DNA of 64,000 nucleotides, taken from NCBI GenBank assembly GCA_011109175.1, contig RDEW01000011.1, forward strand, positions 1,298,209 through 1,362,208, in the 5' to 3' direction. A model generated the notes under the pieces. That model was not told the origin of the DNA, ran no database searches, and saw only the letters and a list, made by a program, of their open reading frames with translations. Source of the DNA: Dicyema japonicum. Taxonomy: Eukaryota > Animalia > Dicyemida. Numbering within the stretch: position 1 is the stretch's first letter; each line of letters begins with the position of its first letter. Below, piece by piece: positions 25,369-38,106 of this stretch. A program made the translations under genes and the position numbers.

Positions 25369-26912
25369 TATATTTTATATATCTTCCTTTCACATTTTTT
25401 AGGTTTTAAGATTTTAGCTTCTGTTGGTTGTAATAGGGTTGGTTTAATCCATTTGCTAGTTTATAGCTATGCTACAGTGGTGATTGGCCTTTTTGTGATT
25501 TTTGCCGGTCTCATTTAACAGATAAAACTTAGGGACTCTGACATGTCTGATTAGGAATGTGATTGGTGGAAACGTAGTAAAGTATTAATATATTTGCCAC
25601 ACCCTTTGAACTATTTATGAGGTTTGTGGTCATTTATGTCTAATTAGGGAATATCCATTTCAGAACTTTTTGACCAGTCACTTTGGTGGGAAAATGACGT
25701 CAGGAAACCCTATAATTAACAATCTCCTGTAAATAGGCGAACTCTTTTTTAGATTTTTCTCAACATGTCTATTTTTCAAAGGATTCTCGTGCATACGTGC
25801 GGATTGCACAAATGTTTCAAACGATAAAGGTGTGCTAAGTGCAGGACATAATTTCCTTCATCAACAGGAGGGACTCTAGTAACACCCACTTGAAGCTTAT
25901 ATAACTCAACATATGCTGCCGTGAATTTATACATCCCCCATCCATCTAGTTGTTTCTAAGGCTTTTTTCCATCAGAAATTTAATTGTTTTTGAAAACTCC
26001 AACGAAAAGATCTCTACAACTCTCCTGCGATAGTTAAGATTCAAGAGGTCACAACGGAATTGGAAAACCTCCTATACCTGAGTGATTCACATTCATACAC
26101 AAGAACAGCTTTACGCCTAGGAAATCAAAATACCTATCCAGATCTCACTTGATGTTCTTCTGAACTTTCATCCTTGACCTCATAAATGATCTCCATCAAA
26201 TCACACCCTTTGTATATCAAAATATCCCACTCGAGACAATGCTAAAAAAAGACTTTTTTCAATTACAAACCAAGGATGGGTGAATTTAAAAAAAAGGAAT
26301 CGGAGAGTTTAATGTTAAATCTAAAGTGAAGAAAAGTTTTTTCTGTGACGAAAACCGCAAAAATATTTGGGGTTATTTATGGCTAATCTCTTTGTTTTCG
26401 TCTCACGTAAACCTTATTATCTGAAGGCCAAACACTTTCTGTGCTATTTCTGGAGTCAAATTGAGATATAAAATACCCTTAAACTTACATTCAAACAATT
26501 CTTAACTCTGATAATCCTACCTGAATTCACAAAAAAAATTAGTGATGACTTTTCGAAAAACGTTAGTGATGACTTTTCGTTAGAAAGAATGATGAGATAT
26601 TTTGTCCATCCAAGAAGATATTTGTCAATATGTTCTTGCTGGAGGACGGATACGTCTCGGTCGCGTGAGGAAATTATCCCTCAAAGGACCAACTGATATT
26701 CAAATCTTATTGGTATTGACCCGGATAGATGAAATTTCCATATGAGGATCCTCAGATATGAGAGATTTAATGTGCACAAGAATAAGAAAACCACTCCCAT
26801 CTGAGCTGGAGGCGCAGTCTGAACATAATACAGAATAGTCCTTGAAGTATGAAGTCTTAGTTTTCGATGCTTTTTGGAAAATGGCAATGTCCACACGATG
26901 ATTGTGCTAGAA

Positions 26913-27891
26913 CAGTGTTTCTCAACCTGGGCGTTGGGATTTTTAATTTTGGGCGGTGAAATTCTCAATTTGGGTGGTGAGATTTTTATTGCCTAATAAG
27001 CAATATTACTTTGTCAAACGAAGCAATGGAACCTCAAGACCATTACACATTGCGAAGCAAGCATTTTCTAGACTTGACAAACCTATCGAATACTTTGAAA
27101 AACTAGGGAGAACTATTTCAACACTCTTAGTTAGTATTTTAGTTAATTTTATAAAAATTAGAAACCCCTATAAAAAATCTTAATTTGTCACAAAAACAGA
27201 CCGTTCCTATATGATTCGAGAGTCAGTGATTGTTCCATTACTGAAATTGATATTACCGGATGTTGTGGGTCTCATCAGAAATCATGAAAAATTCCACTCC
27301 ATCCGTCGAAGAATTGACGAAATCAAAATAAATATTGAGTTTGGGTTTTTTCTAAGCTTAATGAGGCTAGTAGGAATTAAGACTACCTTTAGGAATATTC
27401 GATCTCACAAGGCGATCATGTAACAATTAAGGATGCTTAAATAATAATAAAATATTTTATGGATAAATTGACTTTATTGAAAATCAAATTTGTCAGTTTC
27501 CTGAAGTTTGAAATTTATACATCACACTTATCGTCACTCATAACTGAACTTTTTCATGATTAATTTTAATATTCCTCGTGGATGGTTGATCCATTCAAAT
27601 CTATGGATCCGAATTGAGAGATTAATTAATGGACCTCAAAAATAATACACCTCATGGAATTAACTTTCAAATACCTCAGTTTTGACAGAATTCGAAGATT
27701 ATAGAACAGTTTCCAACATTATGTATTCGATCTCTCAGATAATCTTTCAGCTTCCAACTTCATATCTTTTGAGAGAGGAGTATTCTCAGTTAATTATTTA
27801 TTGACAAGTGAGCGAAATAAATTGAATTTTTTGAAGAGATGTTCGACTTTATTTAACTCATGGGCGGCGGAAAAAAGGTTGAGTATCACTG
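26913..27891 (+). mobile_element. Internally deleted Buster/Charlie-type hAT transposon
   Basis: TIRs CAGTGTTTCTCAACC / GGTTGAGTATCACTG; perfect 8-bp TSD TGCTAGAA (26905-26912 / 27892-27899); ZBED5-like remnants MIRESVIVP...IRRRIDEI and PTSYL. Confidence 0.85.
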
Positions 27892-28179
27892 TGCTAGAAG
27901 TTCTGCATGTCAACACATTTTTTGTAGTCCGTTTATGTTTAACTGGTCAGTTTTTAACTTTCCCTAAAATGGCATGAATCCAGTGTTAGGTTCAACACCA
28001 CCAACATGATTAAAGAAATTTGGGAACGGTAGGCATTTTTTCGCTTGTCCTGTAGCTACAACCAAGCAATCTATCTGGTAGTTGCTTGGTAAGGAGAATA
28101 AGTCGGGTCTGTTAGCTACAAATGCCAATTACCCTACAAAGAAATTATTAAAAAGCACTCCCAAGAAAACATAAAATTA

Positions 28180-28640
28180 GTTAAGTTTTCCTTGTGCCGT
28201 ATCATCCTCTCCGTCAGCTTCGATCATGTGTTGCGCACTAGTTCTCTTAGTAGTCCAGGTCGTCCGCCATTTCCATTATAATATCAAATGCTGTCCACAA
28301 TCTTGTAACGTAGTGAATCAGGTCCTGATGGACTGCAAATCCGAGACCATAATGTCGGCAGGCCGACGAGAAGATAAAAAGGTGGATTTTCCAAACAGTT
28401 CTGTACATTGTATGGTCGATTTTGTTTCTTGTAGACAGCAGAGACGTCATATTTGGTAGATCGCATACCGGTTTGTGTTTCTTGTAAGGTTGATCAAGTC
28501 CTCTACAATTGAAAGATCCCAGAGTGAAGGAGAAGTCGGTAAGAAATACGAATAAGACATAGTGCAATAGAGGCGTCGTCATCACCTCAACTACAAAGAA
28601 ATACAAATATGTTAATTACCTGACAGACAAAGAATACAAT
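28180..28640 (-). mobile_element. Internally deleted RTE-like element (APE start fused to 3' end)
   Basis: FTLGSFNCRGL...YGLGFAVH joined directly to ADDLDY.REL, which resembles the RTE C-terminus at ~9120. Confidence 0.6.
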
Positions 28641-28688
28641 AAAAATTAACAATAAAAATTCCATTAAATTTAATTAGTATATTAATAA

Positions 28689-30672
28689 TTAAATTCCATT
28701 AATTTGTTGATTTCGATTTTTGACTGATTCCAAAATCTTATCATTAATGAGACTTTTGCATTTAAACATCAACAAAAATCTCTAAAAATAAAATAAAATG
28801 AAAACTTTATAATAATTTGGTTCATCCAATTTGTAGTAGTTGTAAAAGGCAACCAAAACAATTGGACTAATGACTGTAGCTGTGAGAAGCAACCAACAAC
28901 TGAGGCCCACGGGGGAAATATGTAATCCCCGTAACTAACAGCATTTGATCCCATCGCATTAAGGACAAAGATAATCTACAAATCCTGTTAAAGTATTACG
29001 AATGCATATGAGGGAGTAATCACCATTGTTACTACTTTAAATAACTTTCCTGAGTCTTTAAACCAAGAAATTTTAAATCATTTTGTAATCGTTCGTAACC
29101 TAAGATATTTACGTGTGATACCATAAATCCACAGGATTGCGATTTCTTCCAGAAATCCCGTAAGAATCAGGACCTGACTGATCGGAAAGTAGTTGATAAC
29201 CTGGAAAACATACATTCCCCCCTAAAGTGAAATAAAATATAACTTTTGTGGTCATTGAAAGTCCAAAAATAAATGATCCGAAACATACAAGAAAAGTAAC
29301 GATTTCTTTTTGATATTTCATTTTCACTCGTCCTTCTAAAATATCCTCGATTGAGAGAACACTCGTTTCGAGAGTAATAAACTGAAATATAACTTTACTA
29401 GAAACCGCACTATCGATTCCAATAAAAATCAAAGCAAGAAAAAAGAAAAATGACCAAACGTTTGCTCCATTCAATTCTGCCAAAGCACGTGGATAGGCGA
29501 CAAATGCAAGGTTGGGACCTTACGTAGATTGTAAATATAACCAGAATTGGTGACTTTGTTTATTGGTACATTCTGGCGATTTGCCATAAATCCAAGAACT
29601 GGGAATATCACAAATCCTGAAAGAAGACTGCAGCAGGAGTTCACGATTGAGCACCCGAATTGAATCACTAAATAAATAATCTCACTTACAAGAAAATGTT
29701 GTGATCAAATTTTGTTGTGAGATGCCAGGGATGTAAGGACCCCTGAAGCGAGAGCATATGAGTAGAAGATCTGAGCTCCAGCATCGGACCAAACCTAAAG
29801 TGACTCCAAATCATACATCCAGACTCCTCAATTGATTAAAATCAGGGGAAAGGTAATATTTTATTCCATTAAATGATCCTTCCAGTAAGCAGCTTTTGAC
29901 TAGTAAAACGAGAATTAAAAAAAATGGAGCCAAAGCAGTGAAATACATAATCTGTTTGAAAATACAAAATCAACTTTTTCCTGATACTTTTATTCCCTTC
30001 CAGATTACAAAAAAGCATATAAAAAGAGAAATAAACAGACATGCAGACAATGGACCATTGAGTCCCCCGACGTCATCAATTGTAGGAGTAAGTTGTAAAA
30101 CTTTATTTCTATCGTTTATTAGTCACAACAACTGGAAGTATTCATTCACTGGATCAGTGTAATAGGATGAATTTTCTACGACGTTTGTAAAGTTGGTCAT
30201 GCATCGGTTTGTGGACCAAGTCTCATCACAGTACGTCCAAGGTAAAGGATTGATAAACGAGGCTCCCAGATAATAAAACACCCAGGACATTATAACAACC
30301 AGATAGACTCCCAGGTAAAGGTTCACCATCAAAAATCCTAATCCAAGACCTTAAGGATATCACTCAGTAAAGTACCTTCCAAAATAGGACAAAACTTCCA
30401 CGCAATGTAAGCTGATCTTCTCGTGATTTGACCAAGAAAACATTCCAAGTAAAAAGTTGGGATTCCACAGATTATGGCAGAGGTGAAATATGCTATCAGA
30501 AAAGCACCTAACGGTCTATAAAGTGGATACCGCCTCCATATTTATAGCAAAGGTAAGGAAATCGCCAGACGTTCCCGTATCCAATGGAAAGTCCCATGGC
30601 GCAAATAAGAAAGTCTAATTTTTTAGTCCATGTTTCGTGTTTGACTGTAAGAGTATGATCGTCCAATTCCAT
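28689..30672 (-). CDS. SLC6 sodium:neurotransmitter/amino acid symporter
   Basis: [35 protein letters not shown]|[49 protein letters not shown]; 23-nt intron 30508-30530 and others; two 1-nt frameshifts near the 3' end. Confidence 0.92.
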
Positions 30673-30959
30673 TCATATTTAGCTAATTTCATTCTATTTA
30701 TAGTCAACATAATTTCGTCAAATAACAATTAAACAAAAAATGCCACATTTTAATTCTTTTATTCGAAACCACTTTTTTCGTTAGGATGTTGTTGGGACTA
30801 TCAGAAACCACTATTTATTTATCTAATGTCAAAAAGTTCCCATTTTCAAGAATTGAGGGGTTCTGGTATATATTTTGTGGTCTGTATTAATATTTCATCA
30901 TATAAGAAAATATTTTATTTCAATTGCATGAGGTAATATTCCATTGTTAAAACCCACAT

Positions 30960-31095
30960 TCCATTTCCGTTATACGGCCGTATATGCGCGGGTCCGGAAG
31001 AGATAACAAGCTGAAGTCTCTTTTGGAACGTGCCGGGATCCTGTGATTATTTACTTTGATGTTGCCGTGGTCTTTGGAATTTTTTCATTTTCATT
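30960..31095 (+). mobile_element. LINE 3' end
   Basis: LLERAGIL* followed by a 3' UTR similar to that at ~35220. Confidence 0.55.
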
Positions 31096-31619
31096 GAGAC
31101 TCCACTTTACGCTAAGCCATTTTACTTATAGTTCAGCTCTAGAAAGGAGACAAATGAATGCTCTTCACTTCTTTTTTACTTTTTGTTGCGTGTCAGTCCT
31201 TTATAGACTATCCGTCTCGCAGTGAAATATTCACTGATGACGACGTCACTCGTCAAGCCAAAGCATCATGGAAGCTTCAGCCGGAATGTACAGCAGTGAG
31301 GTTCAAACTGCTGACCATAAGGCCTTATTTTCCGGCACTCGTTACACTAGCTAGCCATTTATTTAATGGAAATTATAATATTTATTAGGAAATCACAAAA
31401 AAGATACAATTCCCAATATTTTGAACATAACAACTAAATGAAGGCAATCAAGCATAATATTTTTGAAAATGAACGATTGAGCGAGGTTACGTAACGTAAA
31501 ACTCCATTAAATTTGTATTTTCAGTAAAAATATTAATATATTTTAAATTATACGATTTGTCCATTAAACACTCAAATAATTAACTCTAATAAAAATACGG
31601 AATAAAACCACAATATGCT

Positions 31620-32480
31620 TTGATACTATTCCCCAATGGGGTCCCGCAAGGCTCCCCTTTATCTCCTCTCCTTTTCAACCTATTTCTACATGACCTACCT
31701 ACTACCAATGACCAGGACACTATGTTTTTATCCTATGCGGACGACCTAATTTTCTCTGCAAGAGATAAATCTCCTTCAGTGGCTGTAGCAATTGTTCAGT
31801 CACAACTAAACCGGGTATGTGACTGGCTATCTGCAAATATGTTATGTGTGTCAGCACCTTACTCCCAGTTCACCATTTTCACTACTGATAGAAGATTTAA
31901 GGATGGACTCGAACTGTTTTTTGGAGATACTTCTATCCCTTCTACGCGGACCCAGAAGATCCTTAAGGTAGTTTTCGACTCTCTGATGACGTTTTCGAGT
32001 CACGCGAAGGAGGTGCTTACCAAGGGTCTTCGGAAATGGAACATATTAAAAGCGATCATAAAAAGAGTTCTTTCTCTGCTGCTGCGTCAACAAGGTCTAC
32101 CAACAAGTCATTGTTCCTACTATTGAATATGCCTGCTTCGCCTGGAGATTTGCTATTCCCTTTTCGAGAATTGGTCGTTTGAACTCTCTCAGGCGGAAAA
32201 TTATGCACCACACTGACATCTCCATGGCGGCCTCGTTTCTGAAGAGGCGACGTTGAAGAATGGCGTTTCTGCAAGGAACTGGGAAACCTACTCAAAAAAA
32301 TGTTATAAAAAATTTCGGTCGGTTATAGAAAAAGTGCACACCGTTTGAATTTCTATGGAGAAGGAATGCGGTTGGGTCATCAGAAGACCAGGCAAAGAGA
32401 GTTCGGATGTTGTTGGAGACTGGGATCACCTAATTAGTTAGTTTTGACTATCTTTCTTGGTGGTCTTTGAGTTAAATAAA
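31620..32480 (+). mobile_element. 5'-truncated Jockey/I-like LINE (RT to 3' end)
   Basis: NGVPQGSPLSPLLFNLFL, YADD; ends EDQAKRVRMLLETGIT*. Confidence 0.85.
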
Positions 32481-32522
32481 TTAAAAAATACTTTGATACG
32501 CCTCACTAAATTTATTTTATTA

Positions 32523-33711
32523 TGTTGCGCGCACTGTGAGCAACTATGAAAACGCGCAACAAATAATGTGTCAATCAATGTCATATGTCAAAATCATGTC
32601 AAACAATATCACGATTACTGAAATAAGATAATCTAGAGATAATTTATTACATTAAAATTAATTATATTTTCTTGACCATGTGCATTTGGAATAATTTTTT
32701 TCACCAGTTTATAAACAAACCTAAAAATATTTTTTACATTCTAACCTCTACACGATTGTTTGATAATAAACTTAAGATTTCTACATTCTCACTGAATGGA
32801 CTTTCAAATTTATTCAGCCTTAGAGAAGGATTAGTTCCATAATCTTTTAAAACTCGAACCTACATTTAATTGTTTAATAAAACTTGATCCCTTATAGAAA
32901 ACGTGTATTTACCATGATGAACATTCATCTTTTTGTTCATCCTCTTAAAATAGGCAAATTCAAATTTGGTTTTATGAGGATAAGTTGAAAGTTTTTCTAA
33001 ATTTAAAATCATTTTTTGTAACTTATTTCACTGACTTTGTAGCTTCATTATTTGTTTCTTCTAACGACTTATCATACAGAACGAAAACCAGATTTGTTTT
33101 TTAATTTTCTTGATGTGGCCAGCTTTGAATATACATCAATTACAGTGAGCATCCATGTGTATTCATCGTTGACAGAATAAAATTTTTTCAGATCAATAAA
33201 ATCTACTTGGAACCTTTCATTTGGTTATAACGCAATATGATGTTTTTCATCACTTATCTATTAAAATATTACCAAAAAAACAAATTTTTAAAGGAGTAGA
33301 AAACTTACAGATTTCACAGGAATTAATTACTCTGCGGATGACACTTCTTTTGATGTGGAAGTAGTGTTTATTGCAGAGATCCTCATTTTATTCATTCCAG
33401 ATGAGCCTGGTTATGAATGCCGAGGTTAAAACATCCATCTCATTGTCCATGCAAATGAGCTTGTGATTCCATTTGTAGAAGACGAAATATATTATGCCTG
33501 TTGGTACTTGGAAATACTTGCTCTTTAATAATGCGTTCGATTATTTCATATTCCTCATTTTATATAACCTCTGTATGCAGACATCCTTAGATTTACGAAT
33601 ATTTTCGTGAAAGTGCTATTATCTAATCTACTATCGAATGACATGGCGTGGTTTGACATTGACACATGATTTGTTGCGTGTTGTGATGGTTGTGCGTTTT
33701 GAGCGGCGACA
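32523..33711 (-). mobile_element. Second Ginger2-like element, decayed and internally deleted
   Basis: Imperfect TGT...ACA TIRs; TSD TATTA (32518-32522 / 33712-33716); integrase remnant PNERFQVDFIDL...YTWMLTVIDVYSK. Confidence 0.8.
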
Positions 33712-33719
33712 TATTAAGA

Positions 33720-34490
33720 AACTCCAGAATCATCAAGAAAAAGGTGTCATAATCAAATAATAAGTGATCCTAGCTTTTAGTAATTTCCCCACTCGCCTCA
33801 GGTCGTACGCCAGTGATCGCAACGTTTTCCGGAAGTGTCACCGTCTTTTCAAAAACCGCAAGGATAACTTCTCATCCAAGTGGGTTTCTAGTTTTTTGAA
33901 AAGTGCAAGAAATCTCGGGTAATGTTTCTGGTTGATACCTCTAAAAGGAGAGTGGCAATTAATCCTCTTTCATGTGAGAAAAGAAGACGCATGATTTACC
34001 ACCAGAATAAGTTGATATTCTTGATTACAAAATCTGGTGATGCCTGTCACAAATGGAAGGGCTCTTTTGTTAATAGCCTTTTAAAAAAGTCACCTTCAAG
34101 GCCCCCTGATCATGACTTTTCAGCATGATGAGTAGACGTCATTAACACTTCAAACGTAACACCAAGTATCTTTTGACATTTCGTGAATTGAAAGCGGATA
34201 TCTCTGAAGAATAACTCAAGTTTACCCTTGAATTTCTTATTTAATAAAAAAGGGTACTGAGATTTTAACTCCCATACAGAAAACATGTTGGTGGATAGTC
34301 AGTGATACACAAAGTTAAGGTGTGACCGGATCACAGAGGATCTCATATTTGTTTTATTAAAGTGGACTCTGCATCGGAAATAAAAATTTCAGCCATGTTC
34401 GGATGTACATTTGACATAAGTTTTTTGTCACAAGTAACCACGAAACGAAGTACAAGACCTTCTGTATGTCGATTGATACTACGGCCGTCA
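33720..34490 (-). mobile_element. Jockey/I-like LINE related to 31620-32480, in the opposite orientation
   Basis: KFKGKLELFF...QKILGVTFE parallels RFKDGLELFF...QKILKVVFD; ends LLKARITY. Confidence 0.65.
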
Positions 34491-34509
34491 GTAAGTGAGT
34501 TTTCTCATT

Positions 34510-34830
34510 AAATTAAATTTTAAATTTATTGTACCAGAAAAACACCGTAATAGCCAGAATGAAAAAATTCAGGCGATCCAGACCTCCCTCAGCAGTCTTC
34601 GAATGCTCGGACTTGAAGGAAGTGTCGTCCAGGGGGAACTCCTCTGATGGTTGTTGACTAATGGTCCTTTTTGGGTATAATTTAGGATTATATCTGGCGC
34701 CACCAGAGATGACGCACGCTAACAATTCAAGGTCCCTGGAGCCAAAAAGGAAAAGAAGGAACAGAAGAAACAATATCTTCAATTAAAGTAACCACATAGC
34801 ACCACAATAACGTCGACGCCATGTGGCATA
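34510..34830 (-). mobile_element. Short LINE derivative with both 5' and 3' ends
   Basis: 5' end resembles 44740-44785 (gtggtgcta...aattgaag...tctgttcc); 3' end resembles 44860-44915. Confidence 0.55.
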
Positions 34831-35529
34831 GTTGCCATAGATTCTGCAGTCATACGTGATAAATTGGTGAACGGACTTCAAGTGAGTTTTGGCAGATCGC
34901 CCTGATCTAAAGCACGCTGGAACGCAGCCATTGGCAGAATAATATTCTCCAGCAGTTTCGACATGGAAAACTTAACTAGATGGTTTAAATACTTCCTTCT
35001 AGTGTTCCCTGTTGAGGTCAACCGGGATCACTTAATTAGATGGTTTGGTGCTCCCCTTTTTGCGACTAAATAATAGTAAGTTGCATTTTTGCCTTTAATT
35101 ACCTCAATTATTCTTGAAGAACCGAGATCGTGCCGTTGCGACTACGAGGAATCAGTTGTACGTCCTGTGCTTACTTGTGTGGGCTCGAGGGAGGAACTGA
35201 ATTATCTGTTTGAGAGTGCTGGGATCACATGATTATTTAGTTTGGTACTATTGTAGTCTTTGGAATTTTCTTCAATTTCTTATTCTCGAATTGGGCAAAA
35301 ATGTGTCATTTGAGTTTCAACGCAGGTCATCGCTTAAAAAACCGTATCGAACATTCCATGAAAGATACATACCTGGTCGGATTCTTAATAGAAGAAGTCG
35401 AAATTTTTATTTTGATTTGGTTTATTCCAAGTCCCATTTATTAAACAAAACCATATTGCCTAATATGCACTAATAATTTGACACATTTTCAACCTGCCTC
35501 GTTCTCTCAGCGAAGCTTGGAAGATGCTA

Positions 35530-35790
35530 TATGATGGAATTCTCTCGAAGATTTGCTAGTGTCATCTTACCAACACCGCCGTGCCTGTTTGTTGTTGGGG
35601 GCGTCTTCCGAGAGCGGTGCCTAGCTCAACGCCGTTCCCAATGGAGTTTAGGGAACCTTCCTGGATACCTCGGACATGTTTTATGGAGTATTTTGTGCAT
35701 AAATTCTCCATTAAGGAATTGCAAAATTCCTTACCATCGTCTGTATGTAAGATCAATGGCGATCCGACATAAAAAACATAATTTGGAAGA
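35530..35790 (-). mobile_element. rve integrase fragment
   Basis: ILHTDDGKEFCNSLMENLCTKYSIKHVRG. Confidence 0.7.
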
Positions 35791-36649
35791 GTGATACAAT
35801 TTCTTCTGCTCGTTTATTTTTAGCAAGCTCAACCATAACATATTTTGAGAGTCCGCAACAACCAAAATCTAAACTTTAATATCAAAAACCCATGAATATT
35901 CATCATTCATTTCTGAGTATCTCCTTAGGTCAAGTCAGCAAAATAGCGATCCCCTGGTTTCCTAGCTAATGTCGGTGTTATTGGCGGTTTCGTGCTAAGT
36001 AATATCTTTGCCTGTGAAATAAAAGGGAAAAATACCTGACAAAATACACAATTGGAGATAACGGACTCAATCAAATCCCTACCAATCCTGTAAACTCCTG
36101 CCTCATTTTTGAAAATTGCCGGTCTCTACCGAAATGATTATAATTATGTTGTGACTAATAAATTGTGACTTTAAAGTATACCTCTATTGTTTTTAGCACT
36201 AATTCCTGTTCTTCTTTACAAAAAACCGTATTTTTTTGTTACAGTTTAAAATATAGGCCTTTTCCTCGTAGAAAATAAATTTTCTGAGAGTTTCTTTAGA
36301 TAAAATCTGTTAAGTGGACCTATGTCTTCTACGTAAAGATTATTGCTGATTTCCTTTACTTTCTTAAATTTTTCTTGAGTTAGTCGCATAAAATATCATT
36401 AAAATGACACTTCATTTGAGTGTATTTTTGCTACTTTATGATTTTAAAATATTAACGATTTTAACTAAAAATTACACCATTCAACTCAGAAAAATTTGAA
36501 TTATCCAGTGTAGTAATTTTTATTAGTTCTAGTGGAGCTCCACGTACTGACGGTAGCAATTTATTTTGTTTCATTATTCTATTGAGTGTCAACCATAAAT
36601 AATATCGAATTATCTATCAGGCTAGTGAAATTCTTTATTTTATACCAAA

Positions 36650-37110
36650 ACCGACGAGTTCATTGTTAAAAAAGCTAGAATATCAGTCTCATCACCACAC
36701 AGAAGCAGATTTTTAGATGCGAGCCCTAAGAGGAATATAGACATTTGAGACTATAAATGTCTCAACATCGAAAAAGAAAATTAAATAGATATCTCTCTTA
36801 ACGTAATATCCTCTTTACAGAAAGATGATGCAACACGGGAGACATTGGTGGATACAAACTGCTCCTTATTAGGAGAGAGCAGTACTCCTCTTCTGACTTT
36901 CACCGTTTATAGCCATTTTCTTCAACTCACTTACAAATATAGTAGTACTGAATTTGTCGACGCAGAGCTCCGCAAGTATGGCCAGCCATTTCAGGGCATT
37001 CGGGGTAGCCTACTACGTGCAGAACTGCCTGTTTAGCTCATTTTTTTGGTCAGTTGCCAAAACGTATATGATATGGCAAAAATTATATTCATGCAATCTG
37101 GTAATGTAAG
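36650..37110 (+). CDS. Possible unidentified gene upstream of PITP
   Basis: Candidate micro-introns gtaatatcctctttacag and gtggatacaaactgctccttattag flank coding-like sequence; reading frame ambiguous. Confidence 0.3.
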
Positions 37111-37256
37111 TGACTCTTCTCTTCTTCTCGACATTCCTTCTCACTAGAGAGAGTTTTGAAGTTTAATTTTTATTATTAAAATTAGAAATATAATTTTATT
37201 TATTTATTAATAAATAAAAATATAATTTAAATATAAAATAAACTCTAAATCAATTG

Positions 37257-38106
37257 ATGTTAATTAAGGAATATAGGATTCCAATTCCCTTACGTTCAAG
37301 TTTATATCAAATAGGGCAGCTCTACATGAACCAGGTATGGGACTGCCTATATTATTAAGAGAAAATCCACTGAGGATAGCATCAGTAAAGGAAGCAGCAT
37401 AAAAATACTAGCCAATGAGTCTTACACCGACGGATTTGGGGGAAACGGACAGTACACACTTAAGAAATATGCTGTAACCGATCATCTTCCAGGTAGATCA
37501 ATTATCTTAATCACAGCCTGGGTGGCCTATCTAGCTCCAAAGTCCCTGCACATCGAGGAGGAGGCCTGGAATGCTTATCCCTACACTAAAACCATATATC
37601 GTTGTCCTCTCTCTCCAAGCTTTCAATAATTGTCGAAACAACTGTGGTTGACCAAAACAACGGAAAAACTGACGGAATATTTCAGGCCGACCCAGAACAG
37701 GTTGTACTCAATGTTACAAAGGTAATTTATCTGGACATTTGTAACGACAAAGTGGAGTACTACTGTTCCTCAGAGGACCCACTGATATTCAAGTCTGGTC
37801 TGAATACCAGTACTCCACTTTCCCCATCTTGGATGGAGGAATTGGATATTCCAAATTCAATGTGTGTTTATAAACTATGCACGGTTGAATTTAATTATCC
37901 AATTTTGGAGCATAAAATTGAGAAATTTATTCACAATTACGGTTTGGTTGTTAATTTACCATGAATTAGCCATTCCACAGATTTTGTTAAGGGACCATCG
38001 GAGAATTTGGTGTTGGCAGGATGAATACTCTCAAATGACCATTCAAGACGTTAGAATGCTCGAAGAGAGGGCTCAAGAGTTTTTAAGAGAACAAAAATTT
38101 GATTAA
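37257..38106 (+). CDS. Phosphatidylinositol transfer protein (PITP family, PITPNC1-like)
   Basis: MLIKEYRIPIP...YQIGQLYM, GNGQYT.K, EEAWNAYPYTKT, EDPLIFKS, MCVYKL, HRRIWCWQDE; three micro-introns; one frameshift. Confidence 0.9.

Noticed and set aside
25366-25520. Stop-codon readthrough of PHKG into a hydrophobic tail
   Set aside because: A ~50-codon open frame in T-rich 3' UTR is expected by chance; the conserved PHKG C-terminus ends at the TGA
26555-26585. Short tandem duplication ttagtgatgacttttcg
   Set aside because: Two copies only, with no functional context
34513-34782. Secreted or membrane peptide ORF (MKILFLLFLL...)
   Set aside because: Its two ends match LINE 5' and 3' termini found elsewhere, so the ORF is probably incidental
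8120-36900. Reassigned genetic code (TGA = Trp), suggested by a few in-frame TGA codons at plausible Trp positions
   Set aside because: Conserved Trp residues in SLC6, PITP, NAA10, PHKG and ANKAR all use TGG, and PHKG ends in TGA; the odd cases lie in decayed TEs or near frameshifts
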